A stretch of DNA of 58,512 nucleotides, filler included, from Ionaspis alba (lineage: Eukaryota): NCBI GenBank assembly GCA_964255285.1. It is 7 parts of 7 records of this genome, joined end to end, with 100 filler letters (N's around TTAATTAATTAA, not from the genome) between each part and the next. Parts side by side here need not be neighbours in the genome. Positions count along the whole stretch, not along the records: positions 1 to 8,307 come from CAXUUL010000757.1; positions 8,408 to 16,701 come from CAXUUL010000758.1; 5 more parts are not named here. One strand, given 5' to 3'. Below are positions 1 through 11,300 of this stretch, one piece after another. The notes under the pieces are model-generated. The model saw nothing but the letters and a program-made list of their open reading frames with translations. It did not search any database and was not told the origin of the DNA. The first letter of the stretch is position 1. Each line of letters begins with the position of its first letter. The position numbers and the translations under genes are program-made.

Positions 1-153
1 GTCAAGTCGACCTCCCCGCGCGCACCGGGCCTTACGGTCTTGAAAATGGGACTCTTCGGATCGGAGATGATGCCTCAGGCGGATATATGGGTTCAAAGTA
101 GGGTCCCCTGGGTACCGAGGTGTGACGGCGCGATGCAGTTCAAGGCTGGACAT
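1..153 (-). CDS. Possible 5' end of an unidentified gene divergent from CLF1
   Basis: ATG at 153 with an open frame (MSSLELHRAVTPRYPGDPTLNPYIRLRHH..) to the window edge, a possible GTAAGG donor, and pyrimidine-rich upstream sequence. No recognisable domain. Confidence 0.25.
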   Translation of the reverse strand, partial: MSSLELHRAVTPRYPGDPTLNPYIRLRHHLRSEESHFQDRKARCARGGRLD

Positions 154-796
154 GCGAGTGAGAAGGTGGAGTAGGGGATCGAGATTTAGGGACTGGGGAG
201 GGAGGTCGGGGAAGAGAGTCATGGCTTGGGATAGCGGCGCCTGAAGGCATAGTGGATTGTAGGTTTTGATGTGGCTGGCGACATCAGTGTGACGACAGTG
301 AGGGTCGTGGTCGGTGGTGCTCTGGACAGATGCAGGGAAAAGATTTGGTGGGAGTGCTGTTCGTGATGGTTTGCCATCAAGACGCAGCTACAGGGATCAT
401 GTTGTTCAAGCAAGAACGGGTAAGACAATGACGGTTGATACAACATCTTTCGATGTTCATGCAGTAATGTCCTGAACCTTCACGTGACTATGATAAACCT
501 ATGCGAAATGGAAGACCCCTAGGCCACGAGTTCTTGGCACAGGGTCTCAGCCTCATATTTTGCCAAGCTTTTATAGCGCATCATTCTAGAGCTCAACTTC
601 ACGACTTTGATGCAATTAGAACTTGTGCCGTGGGCTACGTGTAACACAACTCTCTTTGCACAGAGAGAGGGAGAGAGTTCTACCACTCAACAAGCTCTTT
701 CAAACCCGATACCAAACGCGCTCAGAACCCATCCCATCTCTTTGAAGCGGGCTAAATCTCGGAACTGCAACCAACTCACCGCAACCATCCTCAGCC

Positions 797-2830
797 ATGG
801 AGGTCTCGAGAGGCCCTCCCAGGGTCAAGAACAAGGCCCCCGCGCCTGTTCAAATCTCCGCAGAGCAACTCCTGCGCGAGGCTGTCGACCGCCAGGAGCC
901 CGGTCTCCAAGCACCGACACAACGATTCGCCGATCTCGAAGAACTCCATGAATTCCAAGGGCGCAAACGTAAGGAGTTCGAGGACTACATCCGGCGGAAT
1001 CGGGTTAATATGAATAATTGGATGCGGTATGCTCAGTGGGAATTAGAGCAAAAAGAATACCGTCGGGCAAGGTCGGTGTTCGAAAGGGCGCTCGATGTGG
1101 ACTCGACAGCTGTGGTGTTGTGGATACGGTATATCGAGGCAGAGATGAAAACGAGAAACATCAACCACGCACGAAACTTGCTAGATCGAGCAGTCACAAT
1201 CCTACCCCGGGTCGACAAGCTCTGGTACAAATACGTCTACATGGAAGAAATGCTCGGCAACATTCCCGGCACCCGACAAGTCTTCGAGCGGTGGATGTCC
1301 TGGGAGCCCGACGAAGCAGCCTGGAGCGCCTACATCAAGCTCGAAAAACGGTACAGCGAATTTAACCGCGCGCGCGCCATCTTCGAGCGCTTCACAATGG
1401 TGCACCCAGAGCCCCGCAACTGGATCAAATGGGCGCGCTTCGAAGAAGAAAATGGAACCAGCGACTCCGTGCGCACGGTCTTCGGCACCGCGATCGAAAC
1501 CCTCGGCGACGCCTTCATGGACGAACGCCTCTTCATCGCCTACGCCCGCTACGAAGCCAAGCTCAAAGAACTCGACCGTGCTCGCGCTATCTACAAATAC
1601 GCGCTTGACCGCCTTCCTCGATCTAAAGCCACGACCCTGCATAAAGCCTACACGACCTTCGAAAAGCAGTTCGGCGACCGCACGGGTATCGAAGACGTGA
1701 TCCTCTCCAAGCGCCGCGTCACCTACGACGCACTCGTCAAGGAATCCCCCAAGAACTACGACGCCTGGATCGATTGGGCCCGGCTGGAAGAAACTGGCGG
1801 GGATCCCGCCCGTGTCCGCGAGGTCTACGAGAAGGCCATCGCACAGCTGCCGCCGACGCACGAAAAACGCCATTGGCGCCGGTATATCTATCTCTGGATT
1901 TTCTACGCCCTGTACGAGGAGCTGGACACGCGGGACGTGGAGCGCGCGCGGCAGATCTACGCCGCAGCGCTGAAGCTGATCCCGCACAAGAAATTCACCT
2001 TCGCGAAGCTGTGGTTGCTGAAAGCGCAATTCGAGATCCGGCAACAGCAATTAGGTACTGCGCGCAAGACGCTGGGACAGGCGATTGGGCTTTGTCCCAA
2101 GGATAAGCTGTTCAAGGGCTATATTGCGCTGGAGCTGAAACTTTTCGAGTTCGCGAGGTGTCGCTTGTTGTATGAGAAGCATGTTGCGTGGAACCCCGCG
2201 AATAGTCAGGCGTGGATTGCGTTTGCGGAGTTGGAGAGGGGGCTCGATGATTTGGAAAGGGCGAGGGCGATTTTTGAAATTGCGGCTGAGCAGCCGGTGT
2301 TGGATATGCCGGAGTTGGTGTGGAAGGCGTATATTGATTTTGAGGAGGAGGAGGCGGAGTATGAGCGTACGAGGGGGTTGTATGAGAGGCTTTTGGAGAA
2401 GACGGATCATGTTAAGGTGTGGATTAGTTATGCGCATTTTGAGATCAATGTCCCGGATGAGGAGGCGCAGGAGGAGGAGGCGGGTGAGGATGAGGAGGCG
2501 CCAGTTAGTGAGGCCGCGAAAGGGAGGGCGAGGGAGGTCTTTAAGAGGGCCTATTCGAGTATGAAGGAAAAGGGTTTGAAGGAGGAGAGGGTGGCGTTGT
2601 TGAATGCGTGGAGGTCGTTTGAGGGTACGCATGGTGCTGAGGAGGACGTGGAGAGGGTGGAGAAACAGATGCCGAGGAAGGTTAAGAAGAGGAGGAAGTT
2701 GGATGATGATAGCTTTGAGGAGTATATGGATTATGTGTTCCCGGCGGATGATGAGAGCGCGGCCAAGATCTCGAGGTTGTTGGCTATGGCGGCCGAGTGG
2801 AAGAAGGGGCAGGTTGAAGGCGGTAGCTGA
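797..2830 (+). CDS. CLF1: Pre-mRNA splicing factor Clf1/Syf3 (crooked neck, HAT repeats)
   Basis: Intronless 677-aa ORF. N-terminus [21 protein letters not shown] and tandem HAT repeats ([20 protein letters not shown]) are typical of Crn/Clf1. Confidence 0.97.
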   Translation: MEVSRGPPRVKNKAPAPVQISAEQLLREAVDRQEPGLQAPTQRFADLEELHEFQGRKRKEFEDYIRRNRVNMNNWMRYAQWELEQKEYRRARSVFERALDVDSTAVVLWIRYIEAEMKTRNINHARNLLDRAVTILPRVDKLWYKYVYMEEMLGNIPGTRQVFERWMSWEPDEAAWSAYIKLEKRYSEFNRARAIFERFTMVHPEPRNWIKWARFEEENGTSDSVRTVFGTAIETLGDAFMDERLFIAYARYEAKLKELDRARAIYKYALDRLPRSKATTLHKAYTTFEKQFGDRTGIEDVILSKRRVTYDALVKESPKNYDAWIDWARLEETGGDPARVREVYEKAIAQLPPTHEKRHWRRYIYLWIFYALYEELDTRDVERARQIYAAALKLIPHKKFTFAKLWLLKAQFEIRQQQLGTARKTLGQAIGLCPKDKLFKGYIALELKLFEFARCRLLYEKHVAWNPANSQAWIAFAELERGLDDLERARAIFEIAAEQPVLDMPELVWKAYIDFEEEEAEYERTRGLYERLLEKTDHVKVWISYAHFEINVPDEEAQEEEAGEDEEAPVSEAAKGRAREVFKRAYSSMKEKGLKEERVALLNAWRSFEGTHGAEEDVERVEKQMPRKVKKRRKLDDDSFEEYMDYVFPADDESAAKISRLLAMAAEWKKGQVEGGS

Positions 2831-3226
2831 AGGGGATGAGATTGAGGAGTTGATGGGTATGGTGTTGATTATTAAGGGTAGGAAGTGCGATGTGAGGAAG
2901 CCTGCTTCACTAAAACCGGTGGCATTGGCATACCTCCCGAGAACTACTTGTCGTTATCACAATATGTGTCGAAGATGAACATCTACATAAACTACAGCGT
3001 CTTGGATCGTGTACAAAGTCACCAAAGTTAAATCATGGTCTTTGTAATATTGCAGGTTTTCAATCTTCAAATATCTTTTTCAGCTACTGGCTGTGTCTAC
3101 TCTTTACCGGCCTGGCATATGTTCAGGTTCCCGTAGTGAAAATGTCATAATCGTAACGCCATGCACGATGCAGCAACGCCAAGAAATCGGATACCATCCT
3201 CCATCCTCAGCGTATCAACAAAAGCT

Positions 3227-4301
3227 CTACGACTCCATCTCTCCAGGTAGTAAATTACTTCTTACAGCAAACATCTTGCCCGTAACCGCTGCCGTAAACC
3301 CATCCACCTGTCTAGCATATTGCTCCACCTGCCTCGAGTTCAACATAACCTCTAAGCGATTCGGCTCCTGCGGTAGCTTGAACAACTTCGTCCACTCATC
3401 CTCCGGCAGAGGCGGCTGTTTCGTCAACGCGCGCGACGCATTCTCCGCTTTCCGCTTCGTCTGCCACAAATTGATTTTATTCTGCTCGCGCGCCAGTTGC
3501 CGCTGGTAGTACTGGTAGTTGTTGAGCTCGGTGTGATGCGTCTCAATGCTATCCAAAAGGAGGTCACAGGTTTTTTCTAGGAAGGGGTCGATGGACAGGT
3601 CGAGGGAGTCAAAGTTTGGGTAAAGTGGGGCACCAGCGTTCGAGGGTAGATGGGTGGTTATGTCGGCGAGATCGTGAGGAAAGGGGAGCGTGCTGGCGGG
3701 TGGCTGGGACGGAAGTTGGTGCAGGAATGTAGTTAGGAGGTGGGAATTGTGGATTTGGAGAGGGAGCTCGACGAGGATGTCCTGGTGACGGAGATTGCTT
3801 TTTTGGAGGCTTTAAAGCTGGTTAGTCTGCCGTTCTGGATCTGAGTAGGAGTGAAATGGTTTACCTCTCGGTCGTGAATTTTCCTTCTTTGTATGCAGCC
3901 ATGAAAGCTGTAGATAACCTGAAAGCGCGCAGACTAAGACTTCCTTGCGAACTTCGACTAACATCATGCACTATTGCGACAGTCCTCTCATTCAAATCTT
4001 TCTGGTAGTAATATTGATTCTCGATCATGTTGAGATTGACGAAATTGCCCATGTTTGCGCTGGTGTACCATCCCACATTGCTCGCATCGATATTCACTTC
4101 TCGTAAGTTCCTTATCATTTCGTTCTGATATGCGGCGTTGACCTTTGCTCTCGGAGCGGCTGCAGCGAGGTTTGAGGCGGCATTATTGTCGTGGTGTCCA
4201 TCTGTGCTGGGTATATCTATCGTGGGAAACGGGAAAGAATTTGTCGCTTGAAGGGTCCCTTGCACATCCATCCCTACTAAAAATCCTGTTGCAGTCGTGG
4301 G
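3227..4301 (-). CDS. EIF3H: Translation initiation factor eIF3 subunit H (MPN domain); 5' end falls in the N gap 4302-4401
   Basis: MPN motifs [44 protein letters not shown]-terminal [16 protein letters not shown]. Intron about 3811-3864. Confidence 0.93.
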
Positions 4302-4652
4302 NNNNNNNNNNNNNNNNNNNNNNNNNNNNNNNNNNNNNNNNNNNNNNNNNNNNNNNNNNNNNNNNNNNNNNNNNNNNNNNNNNNNNNNNNNNNNNNNNNN
4401 NAAGTCTCCAACGTGGTGTTCGTGTTCGGCGTTGCTTTAGTTGGCTCCTAGGATCTCGAAAGTGCGTCAAATTTGGCTCCTGATCTAACACTTTTTAGGT
4501 TTAGTGCCTTTCAAAGCCCTTATCGATAACGAGGCTCAAAAAGTCTTGGCAGGTAGTAGGATCCCGAGCTGACTCGATACTTGCTGGCAGAATTGCACGC
4601 TCGATATGGACATATCTTACTAAGTACTCAGTACGAAGTGGTAGCCTTCTCA

Positions 4653-5589
4653 ATGTCTCTCCCCAACTCCAACTATCCCCATCGAAACCTTTCAATCCCA
4701 TACTCTTCTCTTACACCGCTAAATACCCTCGACGTCCATTTCCCTGCTCCATCTTCAGACAATGATACCTCCAAGCTCTGGATCATGTAGAGCACCCTCC
4801 TTGATTTTCAGAGCCTTAGTAACATAAATCACAAGCTACATTCATGGCGGCGCGTGGCGCGACCCCCTCAAAACCTCTACTTCCATTTCCGCTACACTCA
4901 AACATCTGGATCCGACGAAGCTTCCAATCGCTGGAATAGCCTCCCTGAATTACCGCCTTTCACCGTACCCATCGCATCCTACACATCCTAGTCATCCACA
5001 AGACAAGTCGCGGAATGCCAAACACCCCGACCACATCAAGGATATTGTAAGGGCTATCAGATGGCTGCAGAAAGAGTACAAGTTTGGGGAGCGGTATGTA
5101 CTCGTAGGACATAGTTGTGGGGCTACGTTAGCGATGCAGGTGGCTATGGGTGTGTGGAATACGCAGGGCTTCGACGAAGAGGAAAACGGGAAAAAGGAGT
5201 TTGAGATGCCGGCTGCGGCGGTGGGTGTAGCAGGGATATATGACATGAGACTTTTGCGGGATAACTTTCTCAACATACCTGTCTACGAAGAGTTTATCAA
5301 AGCAGCCTTCGGTGAAAGTGAAGAGGAGTGGGATCGAGCAAGTCCAACAACTGGAAGTTATGCAAAGAGTTGGCCAAAAGCGCAAGTGCTGATTCTGGCG
5401 CATAGTAAGGAAGACGAGCTGGTGGATTGGGCGCAGGTCGAGGCGATGGAGAAAAGTTTGAAGAAGCAAAAGAAGGATGAAAGGAGTGATGAGGTGCTTG
5501 AATTGAAAGGGAAGCATGATGAGATATGGGGGAAAGGGACTGAAATGGCGAGGGCGATTGAGACTGCGCTTAAGATGCTCGCGGCTTGA
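4653..5589 (+). CDS. Alpha/beta hydrolase, kynurenine formamidase (Bna7-like)
   Basis: ATG 4653, intron 4787-4835. Oxyanion motif YIHGGAWRDP, LNYRLSP, nucleophile elbow GHSCG, C-terminal HSKEDELV and GKHDEIW. Confidence 0.85.
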
Positions 5590-5733
5590 AAAATTGAAGC
5601 CACAGAGTGTGGTTTTGTCAGGTTCTCCTGAATAAATGGAACTGGTGCGGGACATTACAGCCATTCTCGCATTGCATGTAACATGATATACATGAAATCA
5701 AATCTATGTACCAAGACAGCTAGCCAGCACTTA

Positions 5734-8210
5734 TTACGGCAAACCTCGACCACTATTGATAGCGTCCGCGACCTGGCTCGTATTGGGACGATTCTCTATT
5801 ACGCTGTCAGCCAGAAGGCCAAACAATTTCTAATCAGATGCTTACCTGCATAGCGCTCATAGCTATCCATGTAAAGATCGTCAGTGCTAGTCGTCGCCTT
5901 CACTGCTCCATTGTCCTCCACAGCCTGAACCCACTTGGCCCATCTACTTCCTTCTTCAGGGTCTGGCCAGCCCCGATACGGCTTGAGCACCCTCCTGAAT
6001 CGTAGCAGCCATGGTGCAAGCTGAACATCAACAAAGGAGATTTTGGCTCCAAGGAAGAAAGGACCTGTGGCGTGAGCAGCATCGGCAAGTTTCGTGATCT
6101 CAGCTTTCAATTCAGAAGCATGTTTGACCTGAGCTGCAGCTTCCTGGGCTTGGAGGTATGCATAGAATGCTGGGACGATCTTGCGATTCACCTGGGGATG
6201 TATTTAGCAAGCCATCGCCTACTGCAACCATGGGTCGAACATACATGATCTGCCCAGAGACGACTGTGAGCTCGAGCTTTAGGATCGCCCTGTGGCAATA
6301 TGGGTTCTCCAAGGTTCAAGTCCTCCAGCTGTGCGTCAAATCAGTGTATGTTCTCGATGATAGGGCCGAACTACATACATATTCCATAAGAACAGTACTT
6401 TCATGGCATGCCCAGTCGCCATGTCGAAGCGCCGGTACTAGTCCTTGAGGGCTGACCTCTAATAGAGATTGTGGCTTCTTGTATGGATCGACCTCGATAT
6501 ACTGATAGTCAAGGTTTTTCAGTTCCAAGGCAATCCACACACGTTGAACGAAAGGGCTGTAATACGAGTGTCAGAACATCTATCCGAACCATGATGCATA
6601 GACAATCATTATGGGAGACATGAATCTGATGAAAGCGTACCAGAAGCAACTTCCGAAAATCTTCAAGTCGTTCTCCTTGGCATGTCTCTTCACGGTGGAC
6701 AAAGCTAGTCCGGTCGCCTTCTTATGGTAGGTCTTCTGTTCCGTTTTGTTTGCATCAGCATTTTCCTCCACTAGGCTGCCGAAGTACGGTATATAGCGAC
6801 GTAGATTCATGATGTTGCAAGCAAGGTATTGACACCAGAGCAGAACGGAAGGGTTAGAGAAGTGGGGTTATGTATGACGTTGTAGTAGGCGCGGGTTTAA
6901 CTCGCTTCCAGCTCGGGGTGCAACAAGTGGCACAAAAGCAGCACGTATGTACAAATCGCACTAAAGCACTCACCTCAATTTTCTTCTTCTCCTTCTCCTC
7001 CTTGGCCATATGCCGCTGAATACTGTTCTTCTTGACACGGTCGCTTTCCTCAAGTGTATGTTTGTGAGGTCCTGCGACACCGTCTCCTTTGCCATTCCCC
7101 CCATTTCCATTGACTCGCTGTATAGTGTAGTATCTTTCCCCGTTAGCTCCTGGCACATCAGAACCATTCGCGGTGGTTGGTGGAATAGCACCAAAGGGCT
7201 GGGGCTGCTGCAAAGATTGTCCGAAAGTTTCTCCAGAAGTGAAGAAATTGGTGGCCTGATCCTCGGCGGTGCCATTGAATTCCTGGCCCATCATCGTCCT
7301 TGCCCCTGGGAAGTACTCTGTGATCTTGATTTTCACATCGCATAGATCCCGTTCCCGAGCTTGCCGTTTCCGTTTCTTTTTATTTGGGTCATCTGATTTG
7401 GGCGTTCCAGGAGGTCGTCCTTTCAATCTGCAGTCCCAGTAATGAGAAACGAATGGCTTGCGTTTGTAGCGCTGTGTGGAACGATGAGAGTAGATATTGT
7501 CAACATGGGGAAAATAGGTGAGGAAGCTGAGTCTAAGGTCAGCGGAATCAGGCATCAGAATGCAATCGCTCTTACTCATCCTCTGACAAAGTTATGGTAT
7601 CATCGACATGAAAGAGGCGCTCTCTCCACGATTGTAGATCTGGAGGATCCGGTATCATTTTCAAGTCCGCAAAATGGCCATCTTTCTTGCCTTGTCCACT
7701 GGCAGAAGGCGTCATCTGCATGAGATCGTTCTCCTGCCCAATCCTTTCGAGGGCATCATGTTGTAAGTAGTTATGGTGCGATAATTGGGCTTGTGGTGTC
7801 AAGATGCCAAACTGCCCAACTGGCTGAACAGTATTGTTCTGCTGATGTCGCGGTGGACCAGCGTGAGTTCGAATCTCCTGGAATCGCGGCGGAGGATTCC
7901 TGTGAATGAAACCATTTCCGAGATGTAATTGTTGTTGTCCATGATTAGGATCTTCGAGTTGTTGATTGAAGTGCTGTGTGAACGCATCTCCAGAATCGAG
8001 TGCTTGCAAGCTGGGATCTAACTGTGACGCAAAGGTATTGGATTCTTGATGAGCGGGAGTATGAGCAAAACCCGCAAATTGATGTTGAAGGTGTCGCGAT
8101 GCCGAATCGAAAGGTTGTGTAGAATGAGCAGGTGCGACTTCCTCCATCATACCACCACCACTGCCCGGTAGCGGCAGCCCGATTATTTCGCCCGCTTGAC
8201 GTGGAACCAT
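5734..8210 (-). CDS. Predicted fusion: Q/H-rich N-terminus + WRKY/GCM1/FAR1-like zinc-finger domain + omega-like glutathione transferase
   Basis: Exons about 8210-7576, 7526-6974, 6735-6641, 6556-6379, 6328-6245, 6191-5846, 5796-5734, with compatible GT-AG phases. GST motifs GSCFCPFVQRVWIALE, GLVPAL, HESTVLMEY, SFVDVQLAPW. Upstream domain HYWDC..CDVKIKI..HKH. The GST call is firm; the fusion depends on one intron (6736-6973). Confidence 0.75.
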
Positions 8211-8307
8211 GAGGGGTGGGTTTTGTTAAAGCGACAAGAGATTGATCCTTTGCGTCTGCAGATTGGCGGCAGGAACCGACCAGACCACGCTAGTCCTCTT
8301 GTGCTCT

Positions 8308-8407
8308 NNNNNNNNNNNNNNNNNNNNNNNNNNNNNNNNNNNNNNNNNNNNTTAATTAATTAANNNNNNNNNNNNNNNNNNNNNNNNNNNNNNNNNNNNN
8401 NNNNNNN
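8308..8407. other. Artificial scaffold joiner (N44-TTAATTAATTAA-N44); also at 16702-16801, 25089-25188, 33465-33564, 41829-41928, 50193-50292
   Basis: Identical 100-nt spacers with stop codons in all six frames, recurring about every 8.4 kb. Several genes are cut at these points. Confidence 0.97.
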
Positions 8408-10230
8408 ATGGCGTGGGTATATATATTGCGTGAGTCGATCTCGAAGTAGATCATATTGAAGGCAAAGGCTTGAATGAGGCCGAGGACTGCTTTGCCATAA
8501 AATCTTTATGACATCAGGGCGTGCGCCATCAGGTTCTCTTCGGGTGACTTACGCATTGACACCGTCTGGAGCACGGTTCTGATACTACAGAGGAGATGAT
8601 GATTTAGCACATCATAACGTTGACGAATAGGTAAAGGGATTCGTACCAGTAACGCTACTACTGAATAGCCAAAAACGATAGTGACAAAAGCGTTCATGCG
8701 TTCAGCTATTTGAACTGTGAGTGCGAGACAGCAGGAATAATATACTAGCGAGGCGTACTCTTGTGCTCTATATTGACAGCTGAAATGATATTAGAATCAC
8801 AATTCATAGAGAGATGCGAAGGCTTCCATACCCGGATAATACTGGAAGTGCTTGCCCAGCCTAGCAAAAAGAGGATTCTTTCCTTCCCATTTCTGAACAG
8901 ACCTAGTGACCTGGACTAGTGAGCCAGAACCGAAAAGATCTGGAGATGTGTTAGTATCTTTTGTTTTCGCCTGTGTAATCTATTCGCCAAGACCCTCACC
9001 CCATACTATGGCAATCCAGATCAAGGCTAGTCGGTTCGGATCTTCAACATGAATGCTGCCAATATAGAGAGCACAGCTCATCAGAATGATGGCAACAGTC
9101 CCCAGCATCATGCCCCGAACAATCGAAAGTAGATATGAGATCCAGACGTAGTATACGGCCTGGAATAAGCGTTCGGCGACCTGTAATGCCTATTTAGCAT
9201 TGGTTAAAAGAGAAGAGGGCGGGTACCATACATAGAAGGCAATAAGAGAAGTATAGGTACTTTCAAAAGCGCTAGTGATATTTGTTGTGAATCCAATCAA
9301 GCACACCAAGAAGAACAACACGCTTATTCGCTGTAAGATGTCATCTAGTACGGATACTCAGCAGGAGGAGACTATGTCAGCCTAGGAGCTCTGATTACCA
9401 GTCTCGAACCAGCTGACTATCAAGGAGAGTTCGCCCCACAGCTTCCAGCTGAGGATGAAAGTAACGCAAAATTGCAGGAGCGCTGTCCCGGTGGGGTCCT
9501 CCCCTGCACGATCTCCGTTGACTGCGATGATACCAACATAGAGAAGGTCGACAAAGAGTTCAAAGGAAGCGACCTCTTCTGTTTCTGAAGCTCGCCAGAT
9601 GAGTCCCTTGTGGAAATACTGTCGAAGGACAGGCCTTTTCCAGAACTTCATCGCCTGGCCCTGACGGCGCTCGGCCTCCTTGTCCGGCGGCGGCACAGAG
9701 ATCATGGAATTGGAGGAGGAATCAGCTTCCTTGGTGCCTGGAGGAGGGCATCAGCAGTATACTTTGACATACATCCGCAGACCAGGGCATACGGATATGG
9801 GCGCTGAATCCATATCGACTGAAATTAGCGTCTAATGCAACTTCGAGGTGTGTCATGGAATTCAGCTCTTTCGAAAGATCGTCAAGAGTCCCGTGGATCT
9901 TTTCAAATTCTTGATAAACATCGGCATGCTGTTGCCGTAGAGCCCTGCGCTTCTCCTCATTATATGCATGAATCTCCCGGATAGCGTCCAACTTCGAACT
10001 TATTAGCTACCCTTCCAACCTGTGACTAGAGCTCGAGTACCAACGTGTTCCGGTGTTCCGTGAATCAGAAGGTCAAACTCCTCCTGGTGGTTCTGATGAG
10101 ACAACTGCTTCTTCAGTGTTTCGGCCTCTTCTGGAGACGACGCAACATGGACAGTCCTTCCATTTGGTCTGAGATATCGCCGCAAACTACGTATCGGATG
10201 GCGAGCGCCAGGAATATGTTCGTCGGCCAT
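8408..10230 (-). CDS. Low-temperature-requirement A (LtrA) family membrane protein, intron-rich, 3' end truncated at scaffold edge
   Basis: Motifs PVLRQYFHKGLIWR, SFELFVDLLYVGII, AVNIEHK-TERMNAFVTIVFGYSVV. About 8 short GT-AG introns rebuilt in frame, including a ~21-nt microexon near 8759-8779. Confidence 0.85.
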
Positions 10231-10433
10231 AACAAACAGATTCACGGATTTTTTTGTAGAAGACAAAGTATTTTACGGAATATGTATTTGATATCTAGAA
10301 GGTATCCAGAAGGACTTTGCCTCAGAATCTCAGACCTCTGGAAAAGGTACAGATTAATCCTGATCCGTAGAACTTTTCAGAGAATTTGAATCTAATAACG
10401 GATTTAACTTGTACGACCTCAGTAGTATTAAGG

Positions 10434-10580
10434 TCGCGAAGCAGCTAAATCTATCGCGAACTAGTTAGATTCGTCAACCCACTAAACCTCTCGCGAACTA
10501 GTGTCAGATTTTCGCGAAAACAAATCCCGCATCGCGAACCTCCTTAAATAGTTGAAAACAATTCATACTATTGCGAACCT
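10434..10580. repeat. Phased array of TCGCGAA motifs in the divergent LtrA/RdRP intergenic region
   Basis: Exact TCGCGAA at 10434, 10454, 10491, 10512, 10532. Degenerate copies at about 10471 (TCGTCAA) and 10571 (TTGCGAA). Confidence 0.8.
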
Positions 10581-11035
10581 CCTACTATTTTGACTATAAC
10601 CACGCAGTGACAAAACCCACCGTAGTCTGCCCAGATACCTGACGCAGCCCCTACACCCTACTACTTCAGGTTTATATTTCGCTTATCGACAAAATTTTAT
10701 CGTTTGATCTTCAGCTTTGTTACCAATCTTTTTTGATAGTTTTATGCGAGAAGGCAAGAAATTGCGAATAAACAAAAGTTGATAGATGCAATTAACTTAA
10801 ATAAAATCAAGATCCGTGTTCAGTCGATAAAATATTGTGCTTTTTTTGTTATCACATTGACCATTATAAAAGGCTTAACATCTTTCCTTGCACATTTTTG
10901 TAGGTTATTCGTTTACTGATTGACAGTCTTTTCGTCTGATCCAGTTCTGCTGCTCCACTTCCTGCTATCCTTCTAAATCTAGCACGCTACTCAAACGCCA
11001 GTTCTAACACCCTGTTCCAATTCTGACATTAATTC

Positions 11036-11195
11036 GGGCTCTCCTAGGGAGTTTGTCCCAGGAGAATTCTTCTGGGGTTGAGGAACAGCTAGGATGAGCT
11101 GCCGTATTTAAAGCTCCCGGGAGGATGGGCTCAGAAGATCCTTCGTAAGGGATAGAGCGGCGGGCGGCTGCATTTGCCCCGCACTGCCCCGCCTG
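11036..11195. other. GC-rich multi-hairpin element upstream of the RdRP ATG (candidate structured RNA)
   Basis: Six adjacent short inverted repeats visible by eye (listed in findings). No match to an RNA family I recognise. Confidence 0.4.
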
Positions 11196-11300
11196 GCTCG
11201 ACCTATTCACGGCTGCATTCCAAACAAAAGCCAAGGGAGAATACCAATCAAAAGTATCGTCCAAGTGAGCTAGGCAGGCAGAGTTAGGACGGTGACTATC

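Noticed and set aside
1202..2632. Long antisense and alternate-frame ORFs over CLF1 (likewise over MHYT, the kinase and KDM5)
   Set aside because: Shadow ORFs caused by skewed codon usage; no domain motifs.
5650..5666. GGCTGTAATG on the minus strand resembling the 5' end of fungal SRP RNA
   Set aside because: The continuation runs into the hydrolase CDS and lacks the helix-8 motif.
10434..10580. CRISPR-like reading of the TCGCGAA array
   Set aside because: Eukaryotic context, 7-bp repeats with ~13-bp spacers, and no cas genes.
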